From positions 4,958 through 68,957 of the forward strand of contig JAKSIS010000002.1 in NCBI GenBank assembly GCA_024398665.1: a stretch of DNA of 64,000 bases. The letters are read 5' to 3'. This DNA comes from Bacteroidaceae bacterium (lineage in GTDB: Bacteria; Bacteroidota; Bacteroidia; Bacteroidales; Bacteroidaceae). Position numbers and translations under genes: made by a program. The notes beneath the pieces are model-generated. The model had not been told where the DNA came from. It was given only the letters and a program-made list of their open reading frames with translations, and made no database searches. This document shows positions 32,352 to 41,494 of the stretch, one piece after another; position 1 is the stretch's first letter; each line of letters begins with the position of its first letter.

Positions 32352-33935
32352 TCAGTCTTTCCTTTCCTCTTCCATAAGAGAGGTCATTGCCCTTACGGTG
32401 ACTGTCTTCTCATAGCAGCCGAACATCTTTTCGACATTCTCCTTGTCATGGACACGGGTGAATGCACTTACTATCGGTACTATCACAAGGCCCATAAGCA
32501 TTGCCAGCACACCGGCATTGATGGGTGATGTGAAGTACGGACTGATGAATGTCTTATGTGTGAAGGTGCAGTACATGCAGCCGCACATTATGAGAATGCC
32601 ACAGATGAAACTTGCCCAAACTGAAGCCCTGGTGGTCTTCTTCCAGTACAGACCCCACAGGAAAGGTGCCAGGAATGCACCTGCCAGTGCGCCCCAGGAA
32701 ATACCCATGAGCTGAGCAATGAAGGTCACGGAACTCTTGGCCTGGATAATGGCCAGGACAGACGAAACTGCAATGAAGAACAGGACCAGCAGTCTGATTG
32801 ACAACAGCTGTGATTTTTCCGACATTTCCTTACCGGACTTGCTTACGGCAGGTTTGATTATGTCAAGTGTCAGTGTCGAGCCCGATGTCAGAACCAGCGA
32901 TGAAAGCGTTGACATTGATGCGGAAAGCACCAGTATTATCACAACGCCTATCATCAGGTCAGGCAGGGTCTGGAGCATTGACGGAACAATGCTGTCGAAT
33001 ATTGGCTTGCCGTTTGCTCCGTATTCTATCACGTCACCGTACAGGCGTCCGAATCCGCCAAGGAAGTAGCAGCCGCCGGCTACAATGATTGCAAAGAATG
33101 TTGAGATGAATGTGCCTTTCTTGATGGCGTTTTCATCGCGGATAGCGTAGAATTTGCCAACCATCTGAGGAAGTCCCCATGTGCCCAGTGAAGTCAGAAG
33201 GACAACTCCAAGCAGATATATGGGTTCAGGTCCGAAGAACGATGTGAAAGCACCGTTAAGGGCCGGAGCCGTCTCGGCAGGAATGGCTGAAAGTTTCTCA
33301 ATTGCTGCGGTGAAACCGCCGTTTCCGTTCAGTACGGCTATGATGACAGCAACAATGCCAACCAGCATGATCATGCCCTGTATGAAGTCATTGATTGCAG
33401 TGGCCATGTATCCGCCCACCAGCACATAAATGCCGGTCAGAACTGCCATTCCCAACACGCACCATGTGTAGTCAATGTTGAATGACATTCCGAACAGGCG
33501 TGACAGACCGTTGTAAAGTGATGCGGTGTAGGGAACAAGGAACACGAACACAATCACCGATGCGGCAACCTTCAGTGCGCCGGAATTGAACCTGGCCCCG
33601 AAAAAGTCAGGCATGGTGGCGCTTTTCAGGTACTGTGTCATAAGGCGTGTGCGGCGGCCCAGCAGCCTCCAGGCCAGCAGTGATCCTATCACGGCATTAC
33701 CTATTCCTATCCATGTCGATGCAATACCGTATTTCCAGCCGAACTGTCCTGCGTAACCTACAAAGATGACGGCCGAAAAATAACTTGTACCGAATGCGAA
33801 AGCTGTCAGCCAGGAACCTACGTTACGGTCTCCCAAAACAAAACCCTGCACATTGCTTGTGCTTTTGTGGCAGTAAACTCCAACGCCTATCATAACGGCG
33901 AAGAACAGTACCAGAATTAAAATCTTCAAAAACAT
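32352..33935 (-). CDS. Sodium:solute symporter (SSS) family permease
   Basis: 527 aa with about 13-14 TM helices and an SSS-type N-terminus. It lies between the ACT gene and iorA. Confidence 0.85.
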   Translation of the reverse strand: MFLKILILVLFFAVMIGVGVYCHKSTSNVQGFVLGDRNVGSWLTAFAFGTSYFSAVIFVGYAGQFGWKYGIASTWIGIGNAVIGSLLAWRLLGRRTRLMTQYLKSATMPDFFGARFNSGALKVAASVIVFVFLVPYTASLYNGLSRLFGMSFNIDYTWCVLGMAVLTGIYVLVGGYMATAINDFIQGMIMLVGIVAVIIAVLNGNGGFTAAIEKLSAIPAETAPALNGAFTSFFGPEPIYLLGVVLLTSLGTWGLPQMVGKFYAIRDENAIKKGTFISTFFAIIVAGGCYFLGGFGRLYGDVIEYGANGKPIFDSIVPSMLQTLPDLMIGVVIILVLSASMSTLSSLVLTSGSTLTLDIIKPAVSKSGKEMSEKSQLLSIRLLVLFFIAVSSVLAIIQAKSSVTFIAQLMGISWGALAGAFLAPFLWGLYWKKTTRASVWASFICGILIMCGCMYCTFTHKTFISPYFTSPINAGVLAMLMGLVIVPIVSAFTRVHDKENVEKMFGCYEKTVTVRAMTSLMEEERKD

Positions 33936-33957
33936 GACTATTGGTATTTATAATTCG

Positions 33958-34386
33958 TTATTCCCAACCCTGAACAAGTGTCAGACCTGATTCTGCAGCC
34001 ACCTCTTCAGCCTTCTCGAGACTTGCCGGACGGATAATGAGCACCAGTTTGCCGTCCTTATGGAATGTATACAGATAGCTTATTGAAACACCGCCTGCAG
34101 TGAGAGCGTCAACGGCATCGGCAAAAGCGCCGGTGGTGGGATCGACCTGAATGGCCATCACCTCATTGAGGCTTACCAGATGGCCCTTTGCTGAAAGCAG
34201 GCCGGCAGCCTTTGTCTGGTCCGATGTGATGAGACGCAGAATGCCGAATTCAGTGGTGTCGGCGACTGAAGCCGCCTGAATCTCTATGTTATCGTTCTTG
34301 AGTGCTGTGAGAATGTCTCCCAGCTTTCCCTGCTGGTTCTCAAGGAATATTGAAATCTGCTTGATAGTCTTCATAATAGTATTCAT
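33958..34386 (-). CDS. ACT-domain (amino-acid-binding) small protein
   Basis: Contains IKQISIFLENQQGKLGDIL and a second ACT-like repeat. Start at ATG 34384-34386, with an alternative at 34374. It lies 1 nt after the paaK stop. Confidence 0.8.
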   Translation of the reverse strand: MNTIMKTIKQISIFLENQQGKLGDILTALKNDNIEIQAASVADTTEFGILRLITSDQTKAAGLLSAKGHLVSLNEVMAIQVDPTTGAFADAVDALTAGGVSISYLYTFHKDGKLVLIIRPASLEKAEEVAAESGLTLVQGWE

Positions 34387-34387
34387 A

Positions 34388-35689
34388 TTAATGGTTCTGA
34401 CGCAAATCAACAACTCTCTTGGCCTTGCCGTCCGACTGCGGGATGACACCCTTGCCTACAAGCTTCACCTTTGGCGTGAGCAGGATTTCATCCTTCAGGC
34501 GGCGTGTGATTTCCCTGGTAAGATTCTGCAGCATTGCAAAATCATCAGTAGCCTGCTTGAGTTCGGCTTCAATGGTCATTTCATCATTGTCACCTATAGT
34601 TTCAATGGTGATCAGATAGTCACTGGCAAGTTCGGGGAACTGCATGAGAATCTTTTCGATCTGGATGGGATACGTGTTCACACCCTTGATGATCATCATG
34701 TCATCGCTGCGGCCCTGGAAGCGGTCCAGACGCCTGTGTGTACGTCCGCAGGGACAGTCACCGGGTATGATGCGGGTAAGGTCACGTGTACGGTAGCGGA
34801 ACAGCGGCATTGCCTCACGGTTCAGTGTGGTCAGCACCAGTTCGCCAAGTTCTCCTTCCGGAACGGGTTCCAGTGTCTCAGGATCGAGAATCTCAACAAT
34901 GTAGTTGTCTTCCCAGATATGCATGCCGTTCTGCTCCTGGCATTCTATTGCCACACCGGGGCCGCACATCTCGCTCATTCCGAAATTGTTGTATGCCTTG
35001 GCACCCCAGATTTCCTCAATGCGGCGACGCTGTGCTTCAGAATGCGGTTCGGCACCTATTATAAGAGTCTTCACCGTAGTGTCACGCGGGTTGATGCCTT
35101 CTTCCTCAAATGCAGCGGCCAGACGGGTGGCATATGAAGGGATGCAGTGCAGTGCGGTGGTTCCGAAATCGGTGATGAACTTCACGTGGCGTTTTGAGTT
35201 TCCTGCTCCGGCCGGAACTGTAAGCGCACCCAGACGTTCTGCGGCATACTGGATGCCAAGACCGCCGGTGAACATGCCGTAACCCGACGTATTCTGTATG
35301 ATGTCCGTGGAACGGAGTCCGATGCAGTACATTGAACGTGCCATGGCATCGGCCCATTCGTCCAGATCCTTCTTCGTATGCAGTATGACGGTGGGATTGC
35401 CGGTGGTACCGCTTGATGAATGAAGCCTGACAACCTTGTCAAGACCTACCGATGCTATGCCGAACGGATAGGTGGCACGAAGGTCATTTTTTGTCGTAAA
35501 GGGGAACCTCTTTATGTCCTCCACTGACTTGATGCTCTCAGGAGTAATGCCCAGTTCCTTGAACTTGGGAGCATAGAACTTGCTGCCCATTGCAATTTCA
35601 ACCGTCTTTCTGAGACGTTCGGCCTGCAGCTGCTCAAGCTGCTTGCGTGGCATTGTTTCAATCTCCTCATTCCAGAATTTGCTTTCCAT
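34388..35689 (-). CDS. paaK: Phenylacetate-CoA ligase family (arylacetate--CoA ligase)
   Basis: 433 aa. Has the PaaK-type N-terminus FWNEEIETMPRKQLEQLQAERL and the AMP-binding motif SSSGTTGNPTV. Confidence 0.88.
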   Translation of the reverse strand: MESKFWNEEIETMPRKQLEQLQAERLRKTVEIAMGSKFYAPKFKELGITPESIKSVEDIKRFPFTTKNDLRATYPFGIASVGLDKVVRLHSSSGTTGNPTVILHTKKDLDEWADAMARSMYCIGLRSTDIIQNTSGYGMFTGGLGIQYAAERLGALTVPAGAGNSKRHVKFITDFGTTALHCIPSYATRLAAAFEEEGINPRDTTVKTLIIGAEPHSEAQRRRIEEIWGAKAYNNFGMSEMCGPGVAIECQEQNGMHIWEDNYIVEILDPETLEPVPEGELGELVLTTLNREAMPLFRYRTRDLTRIIPGDCPCGRTHRRLDRFQGRSDDMMIIKGVNTYPIQIEKILMQFPELASDYLITIETIGDNDEMTIEAELKQATDDFAMLQNLTREITRRLKDEILLTPKVKLVGKGVIPQSDGKAKRVVDLRQNH

Positions 35690-35713
35690 TTTATTTTATG
35701 TTTTAGTTGTTGC

Positions 35714-35746
35714 AAAAAAAAGACCCGCCCTTGATGGGGCAGGTCC
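35714..35746 (-). terminator. Attenuator terminator in the paaK leader
   Basis: Minus-strand RNA stem GACCUGCCC (35745-35737) / GGGCGGGUC (35730-35722) has 9 bp. Its one U-G pair would be C-A on the plus strand. Loop is 6 nt, followed by U8 (35721-35714), 24 nt before the paaK ATG. Confidence 0.8.
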
Positions 35747-35791
35747 GTATGCTGTTTCAAATGCGATTCAAAATACACACCTCCTTGCCCC
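35736..35791 (-). promoter_or_regulatory. Candidate antiterminator (region 2 GGGGCAAGG pairs with region 3 CCUGCCCC)
   Basis: Positions 35791-35783 can pair with 35743-35736 (8 bp, one bulged A). This sequesters the 5' arm of the terminator. Region 2 can alternatively pair back into the leader ORF. Confidence 0.55.
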
Positions 35792-35795
35792 ACGG

Positions 35796-35843
35796 TTACG
35801 TGCGGTAATAATAATAGTAATAGGAGGCGCTTACAAATTTCAT
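35796..35843 (-). CDS. Leader peptide MKFVSASYYYYYYRT (six consecutive Tyr codons)
   Basis: Read directly as ATG AAA TTT GTA AGC GCC TCC TAT TAC TAT TAT TAT TAC CGC ACG TAA. It starts about 17 nt after the predicted TSS in an A-rich context, and its stop codon sits in the loop of a small hairpin. Confidence 0.75.
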   Translation of the reverse strand: MKFVSASYYYYYYRT

Positions 35844-35866
35844 ATTCTTATGTCCATTTGACGGTA

Positions 35867-35897
35867 CAAAGGTATACACGAATTTCCTGCCGGCAAA
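35867..35897 (-). promoter_or_regulatory. Promoter of the Tyr-leader/paaK unit (-33 TTTG, 19-nt spacer, -7 TACCTTTG)
   Basis: Plus-strand CAAAGGTA (35867-35874) and CAAA (35894-35897) match the Bacteroides TTTG-N19-21-TAnnTTTG consensus on the minus strand. Confidence 0.6.
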
Positions 35898-35966
35898 TTT
35901 TTTTGCATTTATTTTTACGATAACTGCATATTTGTATTTAAAACTGAATAAATATCGAACAGGTAT

Positions 35967-36710
35967 TCAAAGATTGAGAATACTGTCTGTCAAATGACTT
36001 ATACTTGCGTCATCCCCGTCAAACAATCCTACGTAATAGTACATACCTGTACCAGGTGCCACGGTCTGCCCCAGATAGGCATGGCCGGCTTCACCGTCAG
36101 CTGCATACCGGTCCGCCTCAGGCATAACGATGACAACATTTAGGTCATTAGCGTAGGTCACCTGGAGCACTCTGCCCTGTGAGCTGACAGTTGCAGTGTC
36201 CCCGCATACTGCTCCTGCTACAACATTAAGTCCTTCAAACACCCCGTCCCAATGGTCAATGACCTGGATGAAGGGACTTCCGGCAGTCATGGTTATCTGC
36301 TTGTCCAGGGAAACCTCTGTTCCAAGTATGTCAGTTTTCGGGTAGAAGACCGCCATGACTGCGCGGTCCGGCGAATGCATGAGCAGCTGATACTTCCTGT
36401 CAATCTTTTCAGGGAAGTAGAATCCGCTGGTACCCAACGGCGCCGATCCGCCTACTCCAAGACACATTCCGTCAAAACCTATGGAACTGCCTTCCTCTTC
36501 CTCCCGACCGGCCAGCCAGACATTGAAGCCCATTGATGTCAGGGTCTCCTGCTGCTGCAGGGACATGCTGTAACCGGCCAGGCTGTTCTGAAACGAGAAA
36601 CTGTTCTCCATTTCATCAACCGTTATCTCCCAATCGGCCTTGTTTGTCGCTCTGTTCCTGCAGGAGACAGCAATAACGGCCATTGCAGCCAGCAATAGTG
36701 TTCTTTTCAT
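35967..36710 (-). CDS. Hypothetical lipoprotein
   Basis: Lipobox MKRTLLLAAMAVIAVSC. I recognise no other motif. Confidence 0.6.
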   Translation of the reverse strand: MKRTLLLAAMAVIAVSCRNRATNKADWEITVDEMENSFSFQNSLAGYSMSLQQQETLTSMGFNVWLAGREEEEGSSIGFDGMCLGVGGSAPLGTSGFYFPEKIDRKYQLLMHSPDRAVMAVFYPKTDILGTEVSLDKQITMTAGSPFIQVIDHWDGVFEGLNVVAGAVCGDTATVSSQGRVLQVTYANDLNVVIVMPEADRYAADGEAGHAYLGQTVAPGTGMYYYVGLFDGDDASISHLTDSILNL

Positions 36711-37120
36711 TCCGAATATGCCAATGCGTAAGTTCTAATCTGTTTGAGCATGGACAGCAGTCCGTTGCTGCGCGTAGGTGAAAGGTGTGATGTCAGTCCT
36801 ATCTCATCAATGAAATGGACGTCACTTTCAAGAATTTCAGCCGGAGTATGGTCTGAAAGCGCCCTTATGAGCAATGCTATCAGTCCTTTCGTTATGATTG
36901 CGTCACTGTCCGCCTGAAATTTCAGAAGGCCGCCATCCATGTATGCATGAAGCCATACACGGCTCTGACAGCCGTCAATCAGGTTGTCATCGGTCTTGAA
37001 TGATTCATCCAAAGGAGGCTGTCCGTTTCCAAGATCGATTATATACTGATATTTGTCCATCCAGTCATCGAACTGTCCGAACTCTTCAATGATTTCTTCC
37101 TCTGTTTCCTTAATTGTCAT
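36707..37120 (-). CDS. sufE: SufE-family sulfur acceptor protein
   Basis: 137 aa with the GCQSRVWL active-site Cys motif. Confidence 0.88.
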   Translation of the reverse strand: MTIKETEEEIIEEFGQFDDWMDKYQYIIDLGNGQPPLDESFKTDDNLIDGCQSRVWLHAYMDGGLLKFQADSDAIITKGLIALLIRALSDHTPAEILESDVHFIDEIGLTSHLSPTRSNGLLSMLKQIRTYALAYSE

Positions 37121-38130
37121 TGTTTCTCGTTGTAGAGTACATACAGCAGGGTTTCGCCGACCGCTCCCAGAATGCGGCGGTCTATATGCGCGATATCGTC
37201 CTGTGAAGTATGCCAGGTAGGACCGAAACTGCTGTCTTCCAATCCTGGCAGATATGGGACTATGTCTATTGCGGGTATCCCTGCAATGGTATTTATGAAA
37301 TAATGGTCATCAGTGACGAAGGCTCCGTTCTCAGGAACGAAAAGGGAACCGTATCCCAGCTGTGCGCCGGCGTTCCATACTTTATCAACAGTATTCCTTG
37401 CATACATTACCGAGTAGGTCTCCTGGCTGAAACGTGCTCCCTGTCCGCCTACCATGTCAAGGAGTACGGCATAACGGGCCTTGTATCCTGCCTTGAATGC
37501 GTTCCGTGCCCAGTACTGTGTTCCCAGCCCCCAGTATTCGGAAAGGTGCCTGCCCTTGAAGTCCGGACCGGGTCCCCAGTCCTCGGCATCGAGGAATATG
37601 CAGTCAACGCCTATTTGCGGGGCCTTCAGCTGGAACTGGCGTGCAATCTCAAGAATCACGCCCACACCGCTGGCACCGTCATTCGCACCGTCAACCGGAG
37701 TTTTGTGCTTGCCCGGGTCGGGATCATTATCAGCCCACGGCCTGCTGTCCCAGTGCGAACAGATTATGACACGGACCGGACTGTCCGGATTTATTCTTCC
37801 AATGATGTTGCGGCAGTCCAGCACTGTGTTGTCAAAAGTGGTGGTCTGAAAACTCTGCACTACGGTTTCAGCACCGAACTGTTTCAGTTTTTCAGCCAGC
37901 CATGCGGCACATGCCCTGTGTGCCGGTGTACCAGGAACACGCGGACCGAAATCGGTCTGGGCCTTCACGAAAGCGAATGCGCTGTCTGCGTTGAACGCTG
38001 GTCTTGCAGGTGCGGCCGGCTCCTGAGACGTGCTGCTGACAGCGGCTTTCCTGCCCCCGCCGCATGACAAGAGCAGAGCCCATACGGCCACAATGAACGG
38101 AAGTTTCCTTATCATCTGTTCAGTTTCCAT
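37117..38130 (-). CDS. M28-family metallopeptidase fold, probable glutaminyl-peptide cyclotransferase (lipoprotein)
   Basis: Lipobox LLLSCGG. M28 metal-ligand pattern present (ICSHWDS, DGASG, LDAED). The size (~335 aa) matches Bacteroidetes type II glutaminyl cyclases. Alternative start at 38115. Confidence 0.7.
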   Translation of the reverse strand: METEQMIRKLPFIVAVWALLLSCGGGRKAAVSSTSQEPAAPARPAFNADSAFAFVKAQTDFGPRVPGTPAHRACAAWLAEKLKQFGAETVVQSFQTTTFDNTVLDCRNIIGRINPDSPVRVIICSHWDSRPWADNDPDPGKHKTPVDGANDGASGVGVILEIARQFQLKAPQIGVDCIFLDAEDWGPGPDFKGRHLSEYWGLGTQYWARNAFKAGYKARYAVLLDMVGGQGARFSQETYSVMYARNTVDKVWNAGAQLGYGSLFVPENGAFVTDDHYFINTIAGIPAIDIVPYLPGLEDSSFGPTWHTSQDDIAHIDRRILGAVGETLLYVLYNEKQ

Positions 38131-39614
38131 GTTGCACCGTCCTTTGAGTCCTTTATTTCGAAACCGAGAGCGGTCAGTTCATTACGTATCCTGTCACTGG
38201 TGGCCCAGTCCTTGTCAGCCTTTGCCTTGGCACGCTGTTCCAGCAGCATGTCAACGACCTTGCTGAAGGCCTCTTCACGACCGCTTCCGCCACCTGCGGC
38301 CTGCTGTTCCCTTATGCCAAGTATCTCGAACAGGAATGTGTCGAACAGGGACTTAAGACCGGCAATCTGACTGCCGTCAAGATGAATCCTGCCGTCAGCA
38401 GCCTGGTTTATGTATCTTGTGGCGTCGAACAGATGGCTGATTACAATAGGTGTGTTCAGATCATCGTCCATAGCCTGATAGCAGAGAGCCTGGAAATCAG
38501 GAAGGTCAGTATCTGAAGATGAAGGTGTGATACGTCCTAAGGACTGGTATGCGTCCATCAGCTTTGACATTGCCTTCTCAGCAGCGATCAGTGCGTCATT
38601 GCTGAAATCGACCGTACCGCGGTAATGTGCCATAAGTATGAAGAAACGTATGGTCATGCCGCTGTAGGGCTGCTGCAGCATTTCCCGGCCCTCACTGTCC
38701 TTGTGGCTGCCTTTGAAGAATTCCTCAAGTGTTATGAAGTTGCCAAGTGACTTGCCCATCTTGGTGCCGTTGATGGTGATCATGTTGTTGTGCATCCAGT
38801 AACGGACCATGTCGCTGCCCTGGCTTGCCACTGCCTGCGCAATCTCACATTCGTGGTGGGGGAATATGAGGTCCATGCCGCCTCCGTGTATGTCAAAATG
38901 GTCACCCAGATACTTGCGTCCCATTGCCGTGCATTCGCAATGCCAGCCGGGGAAACCGTCGCTCCACGGTGACGGCCAGCGCATTATATGCTCGGGCTGC
39001 GCCTTCTTCCACAGTGCGAAGTCTGCCGGATTACGTTTCTCCTCCTGCCCGTCCAGTTCACGTGTGGTGTTCAGTACGTCTTCCAGATTCCGGCCCGAAA
39101 GCTTTCCGTAGGAATATATCTGATTGTACCTGTTCACATCGAAATAAATGCTTCCCTGACTTTCATATGCGAACCCGTTGTCCAGAATCTCCCTGACAAG
39201 CTGTATCTGTTCTATGATATGGCCCGATGCGTGTGGCTCTATGCTGGGCGGCAGTACGTTCAGTGCCTCCATGGCCTTATGATAGCGCAGTGTGTAGTAC
39301 TGGACGACCTCCATAGGCTCCAGCTGCTCAAGACGGGCCTTCTTTGCAATCTTGTCCTCACCTTCATCGGCGTCATGTTCAAGATGGCCTACGTCAGTGA
39401 TGTTGCGGACATAGCGTACCTTGTACCCCAGATGCGTGAGATACCTGAACAGAATGTCAAATGTGATGGCCGGTCGTGCATGGCCCAGGTGCGGATCGCC
39501 GTAAACGGTAGGACCGCACACGTACATTCCCACATGCGGTGCATTCAGGGGTTTAAACACCTCCTTCCTTCTGGACAGAGTATTGTAAATTGTCAGATTG
39601 TGTTCTTTTGTCAT
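38112..39614 (-). CDS. cysS: Cysteine--tRNA ligase
   Basis: HIGH motif [15 protein letters not shown] motif KMGKSLGN, and the N-terminus [14 protein letters not shown]. Confidence 0.93.
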   Translation of the reverse strand: MTKEHNLTIYNTLSRRKEVFKPLNAPHVGMYVCGPTVYGDPHLGHARPAITFDILFRYLTHLGYKVRYVRNITDVGHLEHDADEGEDKIAKKARLEQLEPMEVVQYYTLRYHKAMEALNVLPPSIEPHASGHIIEQIQLVREILDNGFAYESQGSIYFDVNRYNQIYSYGKLSGRNLEDVLNTTRELDGQEEKRNPADFALWKKAQPEHIMRWPSPWSDGFPGWHCECTAMGRKYLGDHFDIHGGGMDLIFPHHECEIAQAVASQGSDMVRYWMHNNMITINGTKMGKSLGNFITLEEFFKGSHKDSEGREMLQQPYSGMTIRFFILMAHYRGTVDFSNDALIAAEKAMSKLMDAYQSLGRITPSSSDTDLPDFQALCYQAMDDDLNTPIVISHLFDATRYINQAADGRIHLDGSQIAGLKSLFDTFLFEILGIREQQAAGGGSGREEAFSKVVDMLLEQRAKAKADKDWATSDRIRNELTALGFEIKDSKDGATWKLNR

Positions 39615-40987
39615 ATGTCTGTATTTTCAATAAGTTCGAGAAGCCTTTCCACGGCATTCTCCTCAGGTATGTTCTTTTCTATGCACTCCTTGCCCCGGTA
39701 AAGGCTTACTTTTCCGCGGCCTGCGCCCACGTATCCGAAATCGGCGTCGGCCATTTCACCCGGACCGTTCACTATGCAGCCCATGATGGCAATCCGCACA
39801 CCTTTAAGATGTCCGGTTGCCGACTTGATGCGTGCTATCGTATCCTCAAGGTTGTACAGGGTCCTGCCGCATCCGGGACATGAAATGTATTCGGGTCTGG
39901 AGAAACGCAGCCGCGCGGCCTGCATTATGGCATCCTCAGTATCACGTATCTGCTGCTGCGTAATGCTGCCTTCATTTGAGAGTTTCAGGTCCCTGGCCCT
40001 TCCGTCAATGAGCAGAGCGCCGGCATCCATGGCGGCCTTCAGCTGGAAATCCTCAAGACAGTCCTCACTGTATGACAGTTTCAGGACTCCGTCTTCAATA
40101 AAGGCCGATGCCCTGACATGGGCACTCCTTTCAGCATAATCCACCAGTTTGCGTGCAACGGGAATCTCGCGTTCAGGGGCTTCTGACAGCGAAACGCGTA
40201 TGGTGTCGCCTATACCTTCGGCCAGAAGGGCGCCAATGCCCACAGCACTTTTTATACGGCCGTCCTCACCCTCACCGGCCTCAGTCACTCCAAGATGCAA
40301 TGGGAAAGCCATGCCTTCACGATCCATTTCGCGTACCAGAAGCCTGACCGTTTCAATCATTACAACAGTGTTGCTGGCCTTGATTGAAATGACCACATTC
40401 ATGAACTTCTGTTCAACAAATATCCTGAGAAACTCCATGCAGCTTTCAACCATACCGGCCGGAGTGTTCCCGTATCGGCTCATGATGCGGTCCGACAGTG
40501 AACCGTGGTTCACACCTATACGCACAGCGGTTCCATATTCCCTGCATATGTCGATGAAGGGAATGAGACGTTCACGGATACGCCTGATTTCAGCAGCATA
40601 CTCATCATCGGTATACTCCAGATGCTTGAAAGTGCGTGCCGGATCGACATAGTTGCCGGGATTGATACGCACCTTTTCCACATACCGGGCGGCGACATCG
40701 GCCACGGCTGGGTTGAAATGCACATCGGCTACAAGTGGAGTCCGGAATCCGCGTGCCTTAAGGGCTTCGCTTATGTTCTTGAGGTTCCCGGCCTCCATGG
40801 TCCCCTGTGCAGTCAGTCTCACCAGTTCTCCACCGGCCTGAATGATTCTCACTGCCTGATCCACGCAACCTTCCGTATCCATGGTCGATGTCGTGGTCAT
40901 GGACTGCAGGCGTATGGGACTGTCACTGCCTATAGTGATGTCCCCCACGCGTACCTGGACTGTCCTGCGTCTTTGATAGATTCCCAT
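39611..40987 (-). CDS. ispG: 4-hydroxy-3-methylbut-2-en-1-yl diphosphate synthase
   Basis: TIM-barrel N-domain plus the [4Fe-4S] domain motif ISCPGCGRT. Carries a ~90-aa insertion relative to the E. coli-type enzyme. Confidence 0.9.
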   Translation of the reverse strand: MGIYQRRRTVQVRVGDITIGSDSPIRLQSMTTTSTMDTEGCVDQAVRIIQAGGELVRLTAQGTMEAGNLKNISEALKARGFRTPLVADVHFNPAVADVAARYVEKVRINPGNYVDPARTFKHLEYTDDEYAAEIRRIRERLIPFIDICREYGTAVRIGVNHGSLSDRIMSRYGNTPAGMVESCMEFLRIFVEQKFMNVVISIKASNTVVMIETVRLLVREMDREGMAFPLHLGVTEAGEGEDGRIKSAVGIGALLAEGIGDTIRVSLSEAPEREIPVARKLVDYAERSAHVRASAFIEDGVLKLSYSEDCLEDFQLKAAMDAGALLIDGRARDLKLSNEGSITQQQIRDTEDAIMQAARLRFSRPEYISCPGCGRTLYNLEDTIARIKSATGHLKGVRIAIMGCIVNGPGEMADADFGYVGAGRGKVSLYRGKECIEKNIPEENAVERLLELIENTDI

Positions 40988-41493
40988 CAGTTGGTCTTGA
41001 ACCGGTATTTCACTTCGGCCAGTTCAGCATTGGCCTTCTCAATCTTGTCCTTCAGACCCTCCTTGTATGCAGCCAGCCTTTCAGAGAGTTCCGGGTCCGA
41101 TGTGGCCAGAATCTGGGCGGCAAGTATGGCTGCGTTCTGGGCACCGTTCACTCCTACAGTCGCCACAGGTATGCCTGGAGGCATCTGTATGATTGACAGC
41201 ATGGCATCCAGTCCGTCCAGCATGCCCTTAATGGGTACACCGATTACGGGAACTGAAGTGTTGGCGGCAATCACACCCGGAAGTGCGGCTGCCATGCCTG
41301 CCGCTGCGATAATCACTCTGATGCCGCGCTGGGCGGCACCTTTTGCAAACTGCTCCACTGCAACTGGTGTGCGGTGGGCTGAAAGGGCGTTCATTTCAAA
41401 CGGCACCTGGATGCTGTCCAGAAAAGCCGCTGCCTTTTCCATGACGGGCAGATCCGATGTGCTGCCCATGATAATGCTTACTGTAGGTTTCAT
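40987..41493 (-). CDS. purE: N5-carboxyaminoimidazole ribonucleotide mutase
   Basis: 168 aa with VSIIMGSTSDLPVM and GVPI motifs. Confidence 0.9.
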   Translation of the reverse strand: MKPTVSIIMGSTSDLPVMEKAAAFLDSIQVPFEMNALSAHRTPVAVEQFAKGAAQRGIRVIIAAAGMAAALPGVIAANTSVPVIGVPIKGMLDGLDAMLSIIQMPPGIPVATVGVNGAQNAAILAAQILATSDPELSERLAAYKEGLKDKIEKANAELAEVKYRFKTN

Positions 41494-41494
41494 A

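Noticed and set aside
35580-35861. 93-aa plus-strand ORF covering the paaK leader region
   Set aside because: Its ...VIIIVIGG... segment is just the antisense reading of the Tyr-codon run. It overlaps the paaK start and has no upstream promoter box. The minus-strand promoter, mini-ORF and terminator explain the region better.
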